Below, piece by piece: positions 33,777-43,868 of a stretch of 64,000 nucleotides of DNA. The stretch comes from Candidatus Versatilivorator sp. (GTDB lineage Bacteria > Acidobacteriota > Terriglobia > Versatilivoradales > Versatilivoraceae). How positions within the stretch are numbered: position 1 is the stretch's first letter; each line of letters begins with the position of its first letter. The notes below the pieces were generated by a model, which saw only the letters and a list, made by a program, of their open reading frames with translations, was not told the origin of the DNA and did no database searches. The stretch is from the NCBI GenBank assembly GCA_965207735.1, contig OZ242296.1:5120001-5184000 (forward strand). The letters run 5' to 3'. Made by a program: the position numbers and the translations under genes.

Positions 33777-35987
33777 ATGAGGAAACCGTCGGGGATTCGT
33801 CTGCTGTGCCTTGGAACGTTGCTGGCGGCGCTGCCGGCTTGTTCGATCATGGAGAGCCGGCCGCGGGTGGCCATTGTGGTGGGCGGCGAGGCAAGCGAGC
33901 TGGAGAGACTGGCTGCCTCGGAACTGGCCACCATGCTGGAGAGGCTGTTCGAGGTGTCGGCTGCCGTGGGCCAGGCGGCCGGCGAAGAGGCCGGGGCGTT
34001 GATTCTGGTCGGTCGCCCCCAAAGCAATCCGATGTTGGCCAAGGCCACCGGCAATAGTTGGCCCGATTTGAGTGACCAGGGGCTGCTTCTCAGGAGTGTG
34101 AGCGGCTCGATTCCGACCTTGCTGGTGGGTGGTGGCAGCCCGGTAGCGGTGCTGTGGGCCGCCTACGACCTGGGCGAACGGCTGGGAGTGAGGTATCTGC
34201 TGGACCGGGACGTCTATCCCGACCGGCGCCGCTGGTCGGGCTTGCCCGATCTGGATCTGGTTCTGGAGCCCAACCTGCGGGTCCGCTGCTGGCGGCTGGT
34301 GAACGATTTGCCTCACGGGCCGGTTTCCTGGAGCCTGGAGGAGAACCGGCGCTTTTTGCGGCAGATCGCCAAGATGAAGTACAACCGCATCCACTGTTCG
34401 CTCTGGCCGGCCCAGCCCTTTGTGCACTACAGCTTCCGCGGGATGGAAAAGCCTCCCGGCGTCCTCTACTTCGGCCACCGCCATCCCATCGGCCCGGAGA
34501 CCATCGGCCGGGAGCGGTTCGGCCCCATGGAGGTCTTCACCAATCCCGAGTTGGTGGGCGCCCAATCCGGAGAAGAAATGCGGCGGCGGGCCATCGGCCT
34601 GGTTCGCGGCATCCTGCAGGAAGCGGGCAGGCTGGGGATGGAGACCGGGCTGTCCATTCAACCCTTCCAGTGGCCCAAGGAATTCATGAAGGTCCTGCCG
34701 GGCTCGGAAATGGAACGGCAGCTGGGAGACCTGACGGCAGGTCCCGGACGCGGCCAGTCCATGCAGGACCGGGGGCTGCGGGAGATGGTCGCCACCATCT
34801 TTCGCGCCTATGTCGAAACCTATCCCGACATCGACTACATCCACGTGGGCATGCCGGAGCACCGGAGCTGGGTCGGACAGGCGGCCAGGGCCTACCGGCG
34901 TTTGACGGCCCGCTACCCGGGGCCTGACCTGGACAGCTATGATCGCCTGAGGAAGCTGGCGCGCGGCCGGACCTCGTTCCCCGGAGGCGGCGAGCGGGTG
35001 GAGACCATGCTGCGGGGAGACCTGTCCAGCCTCTGGTTCTTCGATTCGCTGCTGCGGGAGAAGCAGCTTCTGAAACGGCCCGGAGGGGGAGACGACATCC
35101 GTATTGTCTACAACGGCGTGGTGGCGGAGCTCTTCCCGCTGGTGGCGCGCATGCTGCCGCCGGGCGGCGAGATGCTGAACTTCATCGACTACACGGCCAG
35201 CCGGCAGCTTCGCCAACCGGAGCTGCTGAGGCAGGTCCCGCCCGGTGGGGTTCCGTCAACGCTCATCTATACCCTGGCCGACGACAACGTGGGAGTGTTG
35301 CCGCAGCTGGCGACCGGCTCTCTGCACCAGTTGACGCAACTGCTCCGCCAGAACGGCTGGGCGGGTTTCTACACCCGCTACTGGACCGTCGGCGATCTCG
35401 ACCCGACCGTGCACTATCTGAGTCGGGCCAGTTGGGATGCCGCCATGACGCCGAAGAAGGCCTATGCCGACCAGGTCCGGCACGTGTGTGGGCCGGAGGC
35501 GGTGGAGCCGGCGCTCAAGGCCTTCGCCCTCATCGAGAAAATCACCCTGGGTCTGGATCAGCATGGCCTGGGGTTCGGGTTTCCCGTGCCGGGGATGATG
35601 ACCAAGCACTATGAGAGTGGAGGTTTGTCGGAGGCCCTCAGACAGGACCGCACGCTCTACGCCGAGGCACTCCGGCAGATGGAAGAGGCTCACCGGCGCA
35701 GCCGGCCTCAGGGACAGGAGTACACCCGATACTTGGTGGAGCGGCTCCGTTTTGCGGTCCTTTACCTGGAGGCCGCCGATGCCTTCGGGGCCACCGGCCT
35801 GGCGCTGCGGGAGAAGCGGAAAGAAGAGGCGGGACGGCAGATCGAGCAGGCTTACCGGGCCATCCGGGAGGCCCTCCAGGCTTACGCCGGCGTGGCCAAG
35901 GATCATGGAGACCTGGGCGCGGTGGCGCTGATGAACGAATACTGCTTCCGGCCCATTCGCGAGAAACGCCGGGAACTTCAATATTGA
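33777..35987 (+). CDS. Hypothetical lipoprotein with a GH20/GH67-type N-terminal domain and a probable TIM-barrel
   Basis: AAGGAG RBS; lipobox LPAC; LERLAASELATMLERL..LILVG..GGSPVAVLWAAYDLGERLGVRY; LRQIAKMKYNRI. Confidence 0.7.
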   Translation: MRKPSGIRLLCLGTLLAALPACSIMESRPRVAIVVGGEASELERLAASELATMLERLFEVSAAVGQAAGEEAGALILVGRPQSNPMLAKATGNSWPDLSDQGLLLRSVSGSIPTLLVGGGSPVAVLWAAYDLGERLGVRYLLDRDVYPDRRRWSGLPDLDLVLEPNLRVRCWRLVNDLPHGPVSWSLEENRRFLRQIAKMKYNRIHCSLWPAQPFVHYSFRGMEKPPGVLYFGHRHPIGPETIGRERFGPMEVFTNPELVGAQSGEEMRRRAIGLVRGILQEAGRLGMETGLSIQPFQWPKEFMKVLPGSEMERQLGDLTAGPGRGQSMQDRGLREMVATIFRAYVETYPDIDYIHVGMPEHRSWVGQAARAYRRLTARYPGPDLDSYDRLRKLARGRTSFPGGGERVETMLRGDLSSLWFFDSLLREKQLLKRPGGGDDIRIVYNGVVAELFPLVARMLPPGGEMLNFIDYTASRQLRQPELLRQVPPGGVPSTLIYTLADDNVGVLPQLATGSLHQLTQLLRQNGWAGFYTRYWTVGDLDPTVHYLSRASWDAAMTPKKAYADQVRHVCGPEAVEPALKAFALIEKITLGLDQHGLGFGFPVPGMMTKHYESGGLSEALRQDRTLYAEALRQMEEAHRRSRPQGQEYTRYLVERLRFAVLYLEAADAFGATGLALREKRKEEAGRQIEQAYRAIREALQAYAGVAKDHGDLGAVALMNEYCFRPIREKRRELQY

Positions 35988-36003
35988 GCAAGGGAGGTGG
36001 ACA

Positions 36004-36795
36004 ATGGACTATGGATTGAAGGGCAAGGTCGCCCTGGTCTGCGGCGCCAGCCAGGGATTGGGACAAGCCTGTGCGCTGGGGCTGGCCAGGGAGCAGGCCA
36101 GCCTGGTCATCTGCGCCCGCAACAAGGAGCCGCTCTTGGTCACGGCTCGAACGATTGCCGATGAAACCGGCGCCCGCGTGCTGCCGGCGGTGTGCGATCT
36201 GACCAGCGGGGAAGATGTGGAACGCCTGGTGGACCAGGCCCTGGAACGGTTCGGAACCATCGACATCCTGGTCACCAACGTGGGCCACCCCCCCATGGGT
36301 GACTTCTTCTCGCACGACGAGGCCTCCTGGCGGGACGGGTTCGAGGGGGTGCTGCTACCGGTGGTGCGGCTGTGCCGGCGGGTGATTCCGCACATGGTTC
36401 AGCGCAAGTGGGGCCGGATTGTCCACATCACCAGCGTGGCCGTGAAGGATCCCCATCCTCCCTACTACCTCTCCTCGGTCTACCGGGCAGGGGTGGCGGC
36501 GTTGAGCAAGCTGTTGTCCCAGGAATTCGGCCGGGATGGCCTGCGGGTCAATACCGTGTGTCCGGGAGTCTTCAAGACCCCCCTGGTGGGTGACCTGTTG
36601 GCCCGGGAGGCTGAAAAGCAGGGAGAAACCGTCGCCCGCATCGAATCCCAATGGGCGGAACAAACGGCCGTGGGTCGATTGGGTGAAGCTTCCGAGCTGG
36701 CCTCGCTGGTGGTGTTCCTGTGCAGCCAGGCGGCCGACGACATCACCGGCCAGGTGCTGGTAGCCGACGGCGGCGCCACCGGGGGCCTGTATTAG
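36004..36795 (+). CDS. SDR family oxidoreductase (BKR-like atypical subgroup)
   Basis: GGAGG RBS; LKGKVALVCGASQGLG, IDILVTNVG, SSVYR in place of YxxxK, VNTVCPG, ITGQVLVADGG. Confidence 0.92.
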   Translation: MDYGLKGKVALVCGASQGLGQACALGLAREQASLVICARNKEPLLVTARTIADETGARVLPAVCDLTSGEDVERLVDQALERFGTIDILVTNVGHPPMGDFFSHDEASWRDGFEGVLLPVVRLCRRVIPHMVQRKWGRIVHITSVAVKDPHPPYYLSSVYRAGVAALSKLLSQEFGRDGLRVNTVCPGVFKTPLVGDLLAREAEKQGETVARIESQWAEQTAVGRLGEASELASLVVFLCSQAADDITGQVLVADGGATGGLY

Positions 36796-36852
36796 GCAGT
36801 GGAAAAAGACAGTGGTTGGGGGGCCCGTCACGGTCTGCCTGGCCGGCGTCCG

Positions 36853-37012
36853 CCCCCCACCGCATCAGCCTTCGCCATTCGGCTCGGCTTCTGCGACTCC
36901 CCCTCAAGGGGGGAGTAATAGGAGCGTCGTATGCTGGCCTCGAGTATCACTCCCCCCTTGAGGGGGAGTCGGAGAGACAAGGGCGAAGCCCGCAGTCGAT
37001 CCGGAGGGGGGC
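36853..37012. repeat. Palindromic repeat pair (Y + X units) between convergent genes
   Basis: Near-identical to the units at 7261-7325 and 7428-7494. Confidence 0.9.
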
Positions 37013-37060
37013 CAACGCGGCGCTCCGTACGTGCGGGTCTATCGACTAATCACTGACCAC

Positions 37061-38617
37061 TCAGTACCTCACCTCCAGCTCCAGTCCCGTCACTCTGGAG
37101 GACAACCGCCCCGTCGAGTCGGGTCCCGGCAGGACCACAATGGAGTTGAGACCCCGTTTGAGCGGTTCCTCCTGCAGCCGGGCTGCAAAGGAGGTCTCGC
37201 CGGTGCGCTCCAGGCTGGCGGAGGGAATCCGGGCGCCATTGATCTCGACGGCGATGCCTTCTCCGGAGGGCACATCCTCAACGCTGATGTTCAGGAGCAG
37301 GCGTCTGGCCGACCCGCCCGCTTCCCCGACATCATCGCCCACCACCATCTCGATCGGTCTGGCTTGCACCAGCCTCACCGGAAACTGCCCCGGTGGGTTG
37401 GTGAAGCCGGCATAGAAGATGGAAGCTCCGTTGTCGGCCGGGAACCGTTTCTCCAATCCCTGGAGCGTTGCCGGATCGCCCATCTGGCTCAATACCTTGC
37501 GGCGTTCGGCGCTGTCACTCACTTGAGGAACCATGCGCCCCCCTTCCATGCCTGAACCGACTCCGAAGTAGTTGAACAGGTAGACTCCGTCGGCTCCCAG
37601 GGTCCAGAAGTTGGAGGCCAGGCTGCGCATGGCCACCGGTTCCCGGAAGTGGTTGATGCAGGGATAGGCCGGAATCCCGTAGCGATGGGCCAGGTCGATG
37701 AATGTCTGCAACCGGCCGGCATAGGGCATGTAGCCGCCTCCCACGATCAGCAAGTCCAGCAGTCCTTCCTCCATCCACTGCTCCACGTCCAGGCCGGTCC
37801 TGAGCGCCATTGCCGGTGTGTCGGGGACGCGCACGGCCAGCAGATAGGGCCTGCCTCGTTCCTGGCCGATCTCGCGCAGGATGCCGTGGACCCTTCGCAC
37901 GAAGGCGGTCATGGTCTCCAGATTCTGCTGCGCTTCGCCCAACTTGAAGAACAGGGGGTGGCGAAAGTAATCCAGCTCAAGCCCGTCATAGTCGTATTGG
38001 CGGCAATAGGTGCGAATGAAATCCAGGAAGTGGCGGCGGACCTCTTCCTTGGCATAGTCGAATCCCGACCAGAAGGCGCGCATGATGGCGTCGGGGGCGT
38101 GATCCCTTGTGTTGCCCAACAGCAGATCGGGCCGAGCCATTTTCAAGGGATAAGTGAGCCGGGGCGCCCAGGCGTCGTGAATGTCATTCATCCGGATGGA
38201 GGCGAAGATCTCCATGCCGGCTTCCTTGGCGGCTACCAGGTAGGCTCGGGTCATCCGGTCTATTTCCGGCGGCGCCTTCATGGCCGGATACCACCGGTTC
38301 TGGGTGTCCTGAAGCCGGGGTTTCTTTCCGGTGGCGGGTCCGCGGTCGGTGCTGCCCACGCAGATGAAGTAGGCGTCGACCTGGGAATCCACCGCATCCT
38401 GAAAGCGCTGGGCCAGGTAGGCTTCCAGGGGCCGGCCCTTTGCGATGGGCTCCGCTTCTCCGTCGTCGTTGACGATGATGCGGCGCTGGCGGTCCGGCGA
38501 ACCGGTGTTGGGATCCGTGGGTGTTCCCGGGTCCGGTTGCTGCGCTCCCCCGCAGCCCGCCAGGCAGGCCAGGGCCGCCGGCAGCAGCCAGCGACAGATA
38601 TTCTTTGGGCTGTTCAT
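37061..38617 (-). CDS. GHL10/DUF187-like TIM-barrel lipoprotein
   Basis: Lipobox LAGC; IVNDDG, SIRMNDIH, DYDGLELDYFRH, GADGVYLFNY. Confidence 0.75.
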   Translation of the reverse strand: MNSPKNICRWLLPAALACLAGCGGAQQPDPGTPTDPNTGSPDRQRRIIVNDDGEAEPIAKGRPLEAYLAQRFQDAVDSQVDAYFICVGSTDRGPATGKKPRLQDTQNRWYPAMKAPPEIDRMTRAYLVAAKEAGMEIFASIRMNDIHDAWAPRLTYPLKMARPDLLLGNTRDHAPDAIMRAFWSGFDYAKEEVRRHFLDFIRTYCRQYDYDGLELDYFRHPLFFKLGEAQQNLETMTAFVRRVHGILREIGQERGRPYLLAVRVPDTPAMALRTGLDVEQWMEEGLLDLLIVGGGYMPYAGRLQTFIDLAHRYGIPAYPCINHFREPVAMRSLASNFWTLGADGVYLFNYFGVGSGMEGGRMVPQVSDSAERRKVLSQMGDPATLQGLEKRFPADNGASIFYAGFTNPPGQFPVRLVQARPIEMVVGDDVGEAGGSARRLLLNISVEDVPSGEGIAVEINGARIPSASLERTGETSFAARLQEEPLKRGLNSIVVLPGPDSTGRLSSRVTGLELEVRY

Positions 38618-38880
38618 GGGCTTATCCCCCTCCTCTGCCTAAATCCGTAACCGAATGATTGAGAATTGTATAAGATAGGGGTGTTAAACAATGCAGCTGT
38701 TTTCGAGAGAAGGGGGACCGCCCGGGTCTGTAGGCGCAAGCGTTCGGGGGGCAGTGAGGACGTGCTGCCGCTTCCGCCCTTTTGAACGGGGCCAGGGACC
38801 AGGCAGCTTCCCAACCCTGCGCGTGCAGGCCGGATCCGTCGGCTCGAGGCAGCGGCCCACGGGAATCCTCGGAGGAAACC

Positions 38881-40467
38881 ATGAGCGTTACACGTCGCAA
38901 ATTCATGCAGGCCCTCACCGTTGCCGGGGGAGCGGGAGTGGCCGGCTCCTCTTCCGGCCTCCTGGCGGAGCCGCGTTCTGACAAGCACACTGGGCGCAAG
39001 AAAAGGACCCTCTATTTCAATGACGCCCGGCATTACTACCTCTACGTGTTCGAGCCTCCCATGACCATGGAGGACGCTTGGGTGCCCATTGACGAGGTGG
39101 CCGGAACGGCCGTGGACACCTTTGTCTACGGGGTGGAGAGAGGGGACGGCCTTTTCTATCCCTCCCGGGCAGGCCAGCGTTTCGGGGCCGACATGCGTCC
39201 CTTCGAGCTCACCGCCTACTGGCGCACCTGGGAGAACATGCAGAGCCTGATCGACCGGGGTCTGGATCCGCTGACCGTGCTGATCGACCGCGCCCATCAG
39301 AAAGGGATGGATTTCTTCGCCAGTGTGCGCATGGCCTCCTACGGGGGGCTGGAAAGCAAGTACAAGGTGCCCGAGGGCGGCCGGGGTCTGGCCCATGAGT
39401 TCGTGCGGGACCATCAGTACGCGGTGCTGAAGGAACTGGCCACCGAATACGCCACCGAGGGAGTGGAGCTGGACTTCGCAGCGGCGCCGGGGGGAATGCC
39501 TCTTTATGTGAGGCCGGAGGATTTGTCGGCCACGACCCCGGTGCTGACCGAGTGGGTAGCCAAGATCTCCGATGCCGTCCGCAATCGGCCCGGCAAGCCG
39601 GGCCTGGTTGGGGCGCGGGTCTATCCGACCGAAGAGATGTGCCTCAAGCAGGGCCTCGACGTACGGACCTGGATTCAGGAGGGACTGGTGGACTACCTGG
39701 CCCCCATCCTCTATATCGATTTCACCCTGGATGTGGACATGCCCATCGATTGGGTCATCGAAGCGGCCCACGCCAAGGATATCCCCGTCTACGGCACCCT
39801 TCAGCCCTATATCAGAGACGAAGCCACCGGGTCGGCGGCGGCGGCTCCCAAGAGGATCTACCCCACTCCCGAAAACGTGCGGGCGGCGGCCGCCAATTAT
39901 TTGAGACGCGGCGCCGACGGCCTCTATGCCTGGTTCATGCAGTGGCCTTTGGGTGACACGGAGCGGCGCATCCTGACCGAGCTGGGAGACCCGGAGCTGA
40001 TTCGGGAAGCCGACAAGCACTACGTGCTTCACGCGCGCTCCGAGCGGGGCGTTGAAATGGGCTACCAGTCCAGTCTGCCGCTGAAGATTCCCGGACCCGA
40101 ACCCGGCAAGCGCTACCCCATTCCCTTCTCGATTTCAGACGATATCGAGGGCAAGGCGGACAGGATCCGCCAGGTCATTCTGAAACTGCATATCGACAAT
40201 CTGCTGACCTCCGACCGGCTGACGGTTCTGCTGAACGGCCAGTCGCTGGCAGACGAGATCTGCCTGCGCGACTACGCCGACAATATCGTTCCCTACCAGG
40301 GGCAGTGGCTGGAGTTTCACCTGCGGAAGGTGCGTCCCCGCAAGGGTGAGAACCTGCTGGAAATATCCCTGGATGAGCGCCCGCCTCACATGGGAGTGGG
40401 TATCTCGGTGAAGTGGGTGGAAGTCCGGGTCGACTACGGTTTCTACCCGACCACGCCGAAAGCCTAA
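38881..40467 (+). CDS. Tat-exported GHL10/DUF187-like protein (tandem copy A)
   Basis: GGAGG RBS before ATG 38881; TRRKFM Tat motif; SVRM, EGVELDF, GADGLY. Confidence 0.75.
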   Translation: MSVTRRKFMQALTVAGGAGVAGSSSGLLAEPRSDKHTGRKKRTLYFNDARHYYLYVFEPPMTMEDAWVPIDEVAGTAVDTFVYGVERGDGLFYPSRAGQRFGADMRPFELTAYWRTWENMQSLIDRGLDPLTVLIDRAHQKGMDFFASVRMASYGGLESKYKVPEGGRGLAHEFVRDHQYAVLKELATEYATEGVELDFAAAPGGMPLYVRPEDLSATTPVLTEWVAKISDAVRNRPGKPGLVGARVYPTEEMCLKQGLDVRTWIQEGLVDYLAPILYIDFTLDVDMPIDWVIEAAHAKDIPVYGTLQPYIRDEATGSAAAAPKRIYPTPENVRAAAANYLRRGADGLYAWFMQWPLGDTERRILTELGDPELIREADKHYVLHARSERGVEMGYQSSLPLKIPGPEPGKRYPIPFSISDDIEGKADRIRQVILKLHIDNLLTSDRLTVLLNGQSLADEICLRDYADNIVPYQGQWLEFHLRKVRPRKGENLLEISLDERPPHMGVGISVKWVEVRVDYGFYPTTPKA

Positions 40468-40504
40468 CACGTTGGCATCTGGCTAGCCCCTCCCGGAGAT
40501 CATC

Positions 40505-42091
40505 ATGAGTGTGACCCGTCGTAATTTCATGCAGGCCCTCACCGTTGCCGCCGGAGCGGGAGCAACCGGCTCCTCCGCCGGCCTCCTGGCGGAGCCGCGT
40601 CCTGAAAAGCACACTGGGCGCAGGAAACGGACCCTCTATTTCAATGACGCCCGGCACTACTACCTCTACGTGTTCGAGCCCCCCATGACCATGGAAGACG
40701 CCTGGGTGCCCATTGACGAGGTGGCCGGAACGGCCGTGGACACCTTTGTCTACGGGGTGGAGCGGGGGGACGGTCTCTTCTATCCCTCCCGGGTGGGCCA
40801 GCGTTTCGGCGCCGACATGCGTCCCTTCCCGATCACCGCCTACTGGCGCACCTGGGAGAACATGCAGAGTCTGATCGACCGGGGCCTGGACCCGCTGACC
40901 GTGCTGATCGACCGCGCCCATGAGAAAGGGATGGATTTCTTCGCCAGTGTGCGCATGGCCTCCTACGGGGGGCTGGAAGGCAAGTACAAGGTACCCGAGG
41001 GCGGACGGGGCCTGGCCCACGAGTTCGTGCGGGACCATCAGTATGCGGTGCTGAAAGAGTTGGCCACCGAATACGCCACCGAGGGAGTGGAGCTGGACTT
41101 CGCGGCGGCGCCGGGCGGGATGCCGCTGTTCCTGAGACCGGAAGATGTTCCCGCCATGACCCCGGTGCTGACCGAATGGGTGGCCAAGATCTCCGAAGCG
41201 GTCCGCAATCGGCCCGGCAAGCCGGGCCAAGTCGGAGTCCGGATCTATCCCACCGAGGAGATGTGTCTCAAACAGGGCCTGGACGTGCGGGCCTGGATCC
41301 GGGAAGGTCTGGTCGACTACCTGGCGCCCATGCTCTATATCGATTTCACCTTGGACGTGGACATGCCGGTCGACTGGGTGGTGGAAGCGGCCCACGCCAA
41401 GGATGTTGCCGTCTACGGCGTCTTGGCGCCCTACCTCGGAGACGAAGCCAGCGGAACCGACCCGGCGGCGCTCAAGATCCTCTTTCCCACGCCTGAAAAT
41501 TTTCGCGCCGCCGCCGCCAATTACTGGAGGCGCGGCGTCGACGGGCTGTACGCCTGGTTTTTCCGATGGCCGCTGCAGGACGGGGAGCGGCGGGTGCTGA
41601 CCGAGTTGGGGGACCCGGAGCTGCTCCGGGAAGCCGACAAGCACTACGTGCTACACCGCCGCTCCAAGGGGGCGGTTGAAATGGGCTACCAGGCCGGTTT
41701 GCCCCTGAGGATGCCTGCCGGCGATGCCGGCAAGCGCTATTCCATTCCCTTTTCCATATCAGACGATATCGAAGGCGGGGCGGAACGGATCCGGCAGGTT
41801 GTTCTCAAGCTCTACGTCGACAACCTGGTGACGGGCGATCGCCTTACCCTGCTGTTGAACGGTCAATCCCTGGCGCAGGAGATCTGCCGGCGCGACCATG
41901 CCAATCGCATCGATCCCTGGCTGGGGCAGTGGCTGGAGTTTCATTTGCGGAAAGTGAGGCCGCGTCAGGGGGAGAACCTGCTGGAAATTTCCCTGGATGG
42001 GCGGCCGGCGGGAATGGAAGGGAGGATTTCGGTAGAGTCCGTCGAAGTCCGGGTCGAATACGGATCCTATCCGACCAGCCCGAGAGTATAG
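40505..42091 (+). CDS. Tat-exported GHL10/DUF187-like protein (tandem copy B)
   Basis: TRRNFM Tat motif; very close paralog of 38881-40467, same length (528 aa). Confidence 0.75.
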   Translation: MSVTRRNFMQALTVAAGAGATGSSAGLLAEPRPEKHTGRRKRTLYFNDARHYYLYVFEPPMTMEDAWVPIDEVAGTAVDTFVYGVERGDGLFYPSRVGQRFGADMRPFPITAYWRTWENMQSLIDRGLDPLTVLIDRAHEKGMDFFASVRMASYGGLEGKYKVPEGGRGLAHEFVRDHQYAVLKELATEYATEGVELDFAAAPGGMPLFLRPEDVPAMTPVLTEWVAKISEAVRNRPGKPGQVGVRIYPTEEMCLKQGLDVRAWIREGLVDYLAPMLYIDFTLDVDMPVDWVVEAAHAKDVAVYGVLAPYLGDEASGTDPAALKILFPTPENFRAAAANYWRRGVDGLYAWFFRWPLQDGERRVLTELGDPELLREADKHYVLHRRSKGAVEMGYQAGLPLRMPAGDAGKRYSIPFSISDDIEGGAERIRQVVLKLYVDNLVTGDRLTLLLNGQSLAQEICRRDHANRIDPWLGQWLEFHLRKVRPRQGENLLEISLDGRPAGMEGRISVESVEVRVEYGSYPTSPRV

Positions 42092-42100
42092 ATCCCAACC

Positions 42101-43723
42101 TCAGCGGACTTCGAACCTGGCCACCCGGCTGACAGATCGATTGGCCAGGTTGTCGGTGACGTTCACCATCAGCTGGTAGCGGCCGGGGTCAAGCGCGCCC
42201 AAAGCCAGATGCTGTTCCAGGGTCATCTGCTGGGCTGCCCCCGCCAGCTCCTCCTGGGTCTTGGTCAGCCGGGTGATTTCCTTGTCGCCCTTTTTCAGGA
42301 CAAATTGAACCGAGGCCGACGGCTTGTGGGTCTTGTCGTCCACGGTCAGGTTGTAGACCTGGAAGTAGATCCCCATGGTCTCTTTGCGGTCGAAGCGGTC
42401 TGCCACGTTGGGGTGGACCTTGTTGGTCCCAATGACGAACATGCCGCCCCCCACCTGTTTCGGGGGGAGGGGTTGGATGGTGTCCGCCAGGATGATGGAG
42501 CTGCTGGCCAGATTGTCGTCGGGGAAGTGGGGGATCACCATTCCATAGTACTGAGTCCCGATGTTGCCGCTGTGAATGTCCTTCAGCACCAACTCCAGCT
42601 TGTACCTTCCGGAGCGCAGATTCAGGGTTTTCTGATAGAGCGAGTCGCGTTCCAGGGCCTGCTTCATGAGGGACACGGGGACGTCCTGGGAGATGACGTC
42701 CTCAAAAACTTCCACCACCCTTCCGGTAATGGTCGAGATCCGCCCGAAGATGTTCACCCGGGCGCGCTGGACGCCGTCCTGGTTCTGGAAGGTCAGGTCC
42801 TGGTGGCGGAGGCGGATGGTGATGGGTGTCAGCACCATGTCCTCGGTGATCTTGAAGAAGTCGGTGGAGAAGTGAAAGGGAAGCAGGTTGTAGGAGAGCT
42901 TGGTGTTGATGACCGTTTCCAGGTCCTTGAAGCGCACCTTGGGGGCCCGGGTCAGGGCCGCATACTGCCTCAGCCGGTCGAATTGCCGGTAGGGACGCAG
43001 GTTTCCCCCCATGCCAAATCCCGTGCCTCCAACAATGTCGCGATCTTCCTTGTAGGCCATGCCCGCCATCTCGGCCGTGGTCAAGCCGATCTGGGGGGTG
43101 TAGTAAATGGCATCCTTGTCCTTGGACCTCAAGGCCAGGCGGTACTCCCCGCTGAAGCTGGGGTCCACGAATTCGATCCGGACCTCCTCTCCCAGGGCCC
43201 TGCCTTCGATATAGCGGTACCGCCACACTTCAAAGGGAAAGGTCACCGTCTGTCCGCCTCCCTCCTCGGGTGGGCGGTCGTAGGTGCCGCCGGCGGAATG
43301 CCTCTCGATCTCGTCCGGAGGGCCGAAGGTGATGTAGACCCGCCCCCGGTCCGTCTCCCACCCCGGCCGCCCCGAGGCGAAGCGTTCGTTGGCGAAGGCG
43401 ATGCGGCGGTAGTGCTCCTGCTTGGCCTCGTTGTCCGCGGTGTCCGGATTGGGGTCCCGCCGGAGCCAGAACTGCTCGATGAACTGATAGCGCTCGTCGT
43501 CGGTGGTCAGACGCTTGAAGGCTTCCTTCTCTTCCCCGCTGATGATGTAGTCGACGTCCTGCTTCATCCACTTCTTCAGGTATCGGTCCGAGGTCTCCGT
43601 GCGCAGCGACTTCTCGCGCTTCCGGTCTTTCTTCCGGTCGGCAAACAACAGCGATCCGGAGAGAACGAAAAGAAAGGCCAAACCGCAGGCCAGAAAGCGG
43701 TTCCATTTGCGTGGGATTCTCAT
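42101..43723 (-). CDS. GWxTD domain-containing protein
   Basis: FIEQFWLRRDPNP, EHYRRIAFANERF, GWETDRGRVYITFGPPDEIE; signal peptide after ATG 43723. Confidence 0.92.
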   Translation of the reverse strand: MRIPRKWNRFLACGLAFLFVLSGSLLFADRKKDRKREKSLRTETSDRYLKKWMKQDVDYIISGEEKEAFKRLTTDDERYQFIEQFWLRRDPNPDTADNEAKQEHYRRIAFANERFASGRPGWETDRGRVYITFGPPDEIERHSAGGTYDRPPEEGGGQTVTFPFEVWRYRYIEGRALGEEVRIEFVDPSFSGEYRLALRSKDKDAIYYTPQIGLTTAEMAGMAYKEDRDIVGGTGFGMGGNLRPYRQFDRLRQYAALTRAPKVRFKDLETVINTKLSYNLLPFHFSTDFFKITEDMVLTPITIRLRHQDLTFQNQDGVQRARVNIFGRISTITGRVVEVFEDVISQDVPVSLMKQALERDSLYQKTLNLRSGRYKLELVLKDIHSGNIGTQYYGMVIPHFPDDNLASSSIILADTIQPLPPKQVGGGMFVIGTNKVHPNVADRFDRKETMGIYFQVYNLTVDDKTHKPSASVQFVLKKGDKEITRLTKTQEELAGAAQQMTLEQHLALGALDPGRYQLMVNVTDNLANRSVSRVARFEVR

Positions 43724-43868
43724 GAGGCACCCTTGCTTGATCTCAGCCATCGGTACACAGACGTTTCTTGTTTGCTTGGGAATCATTCCATTATAGACCA
43801 GGTGCGAGCAGCGTCAACCCCGGGCGGAGCCCGCGAACGCCAGCGAGCCACCCGGTGAAAATTGCAGG

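Noticed and set aside
38881-42091. Near-identical gene pair as DGR template and target
   Set aside because: Differences are not adenine-specific and both are full-length genes.
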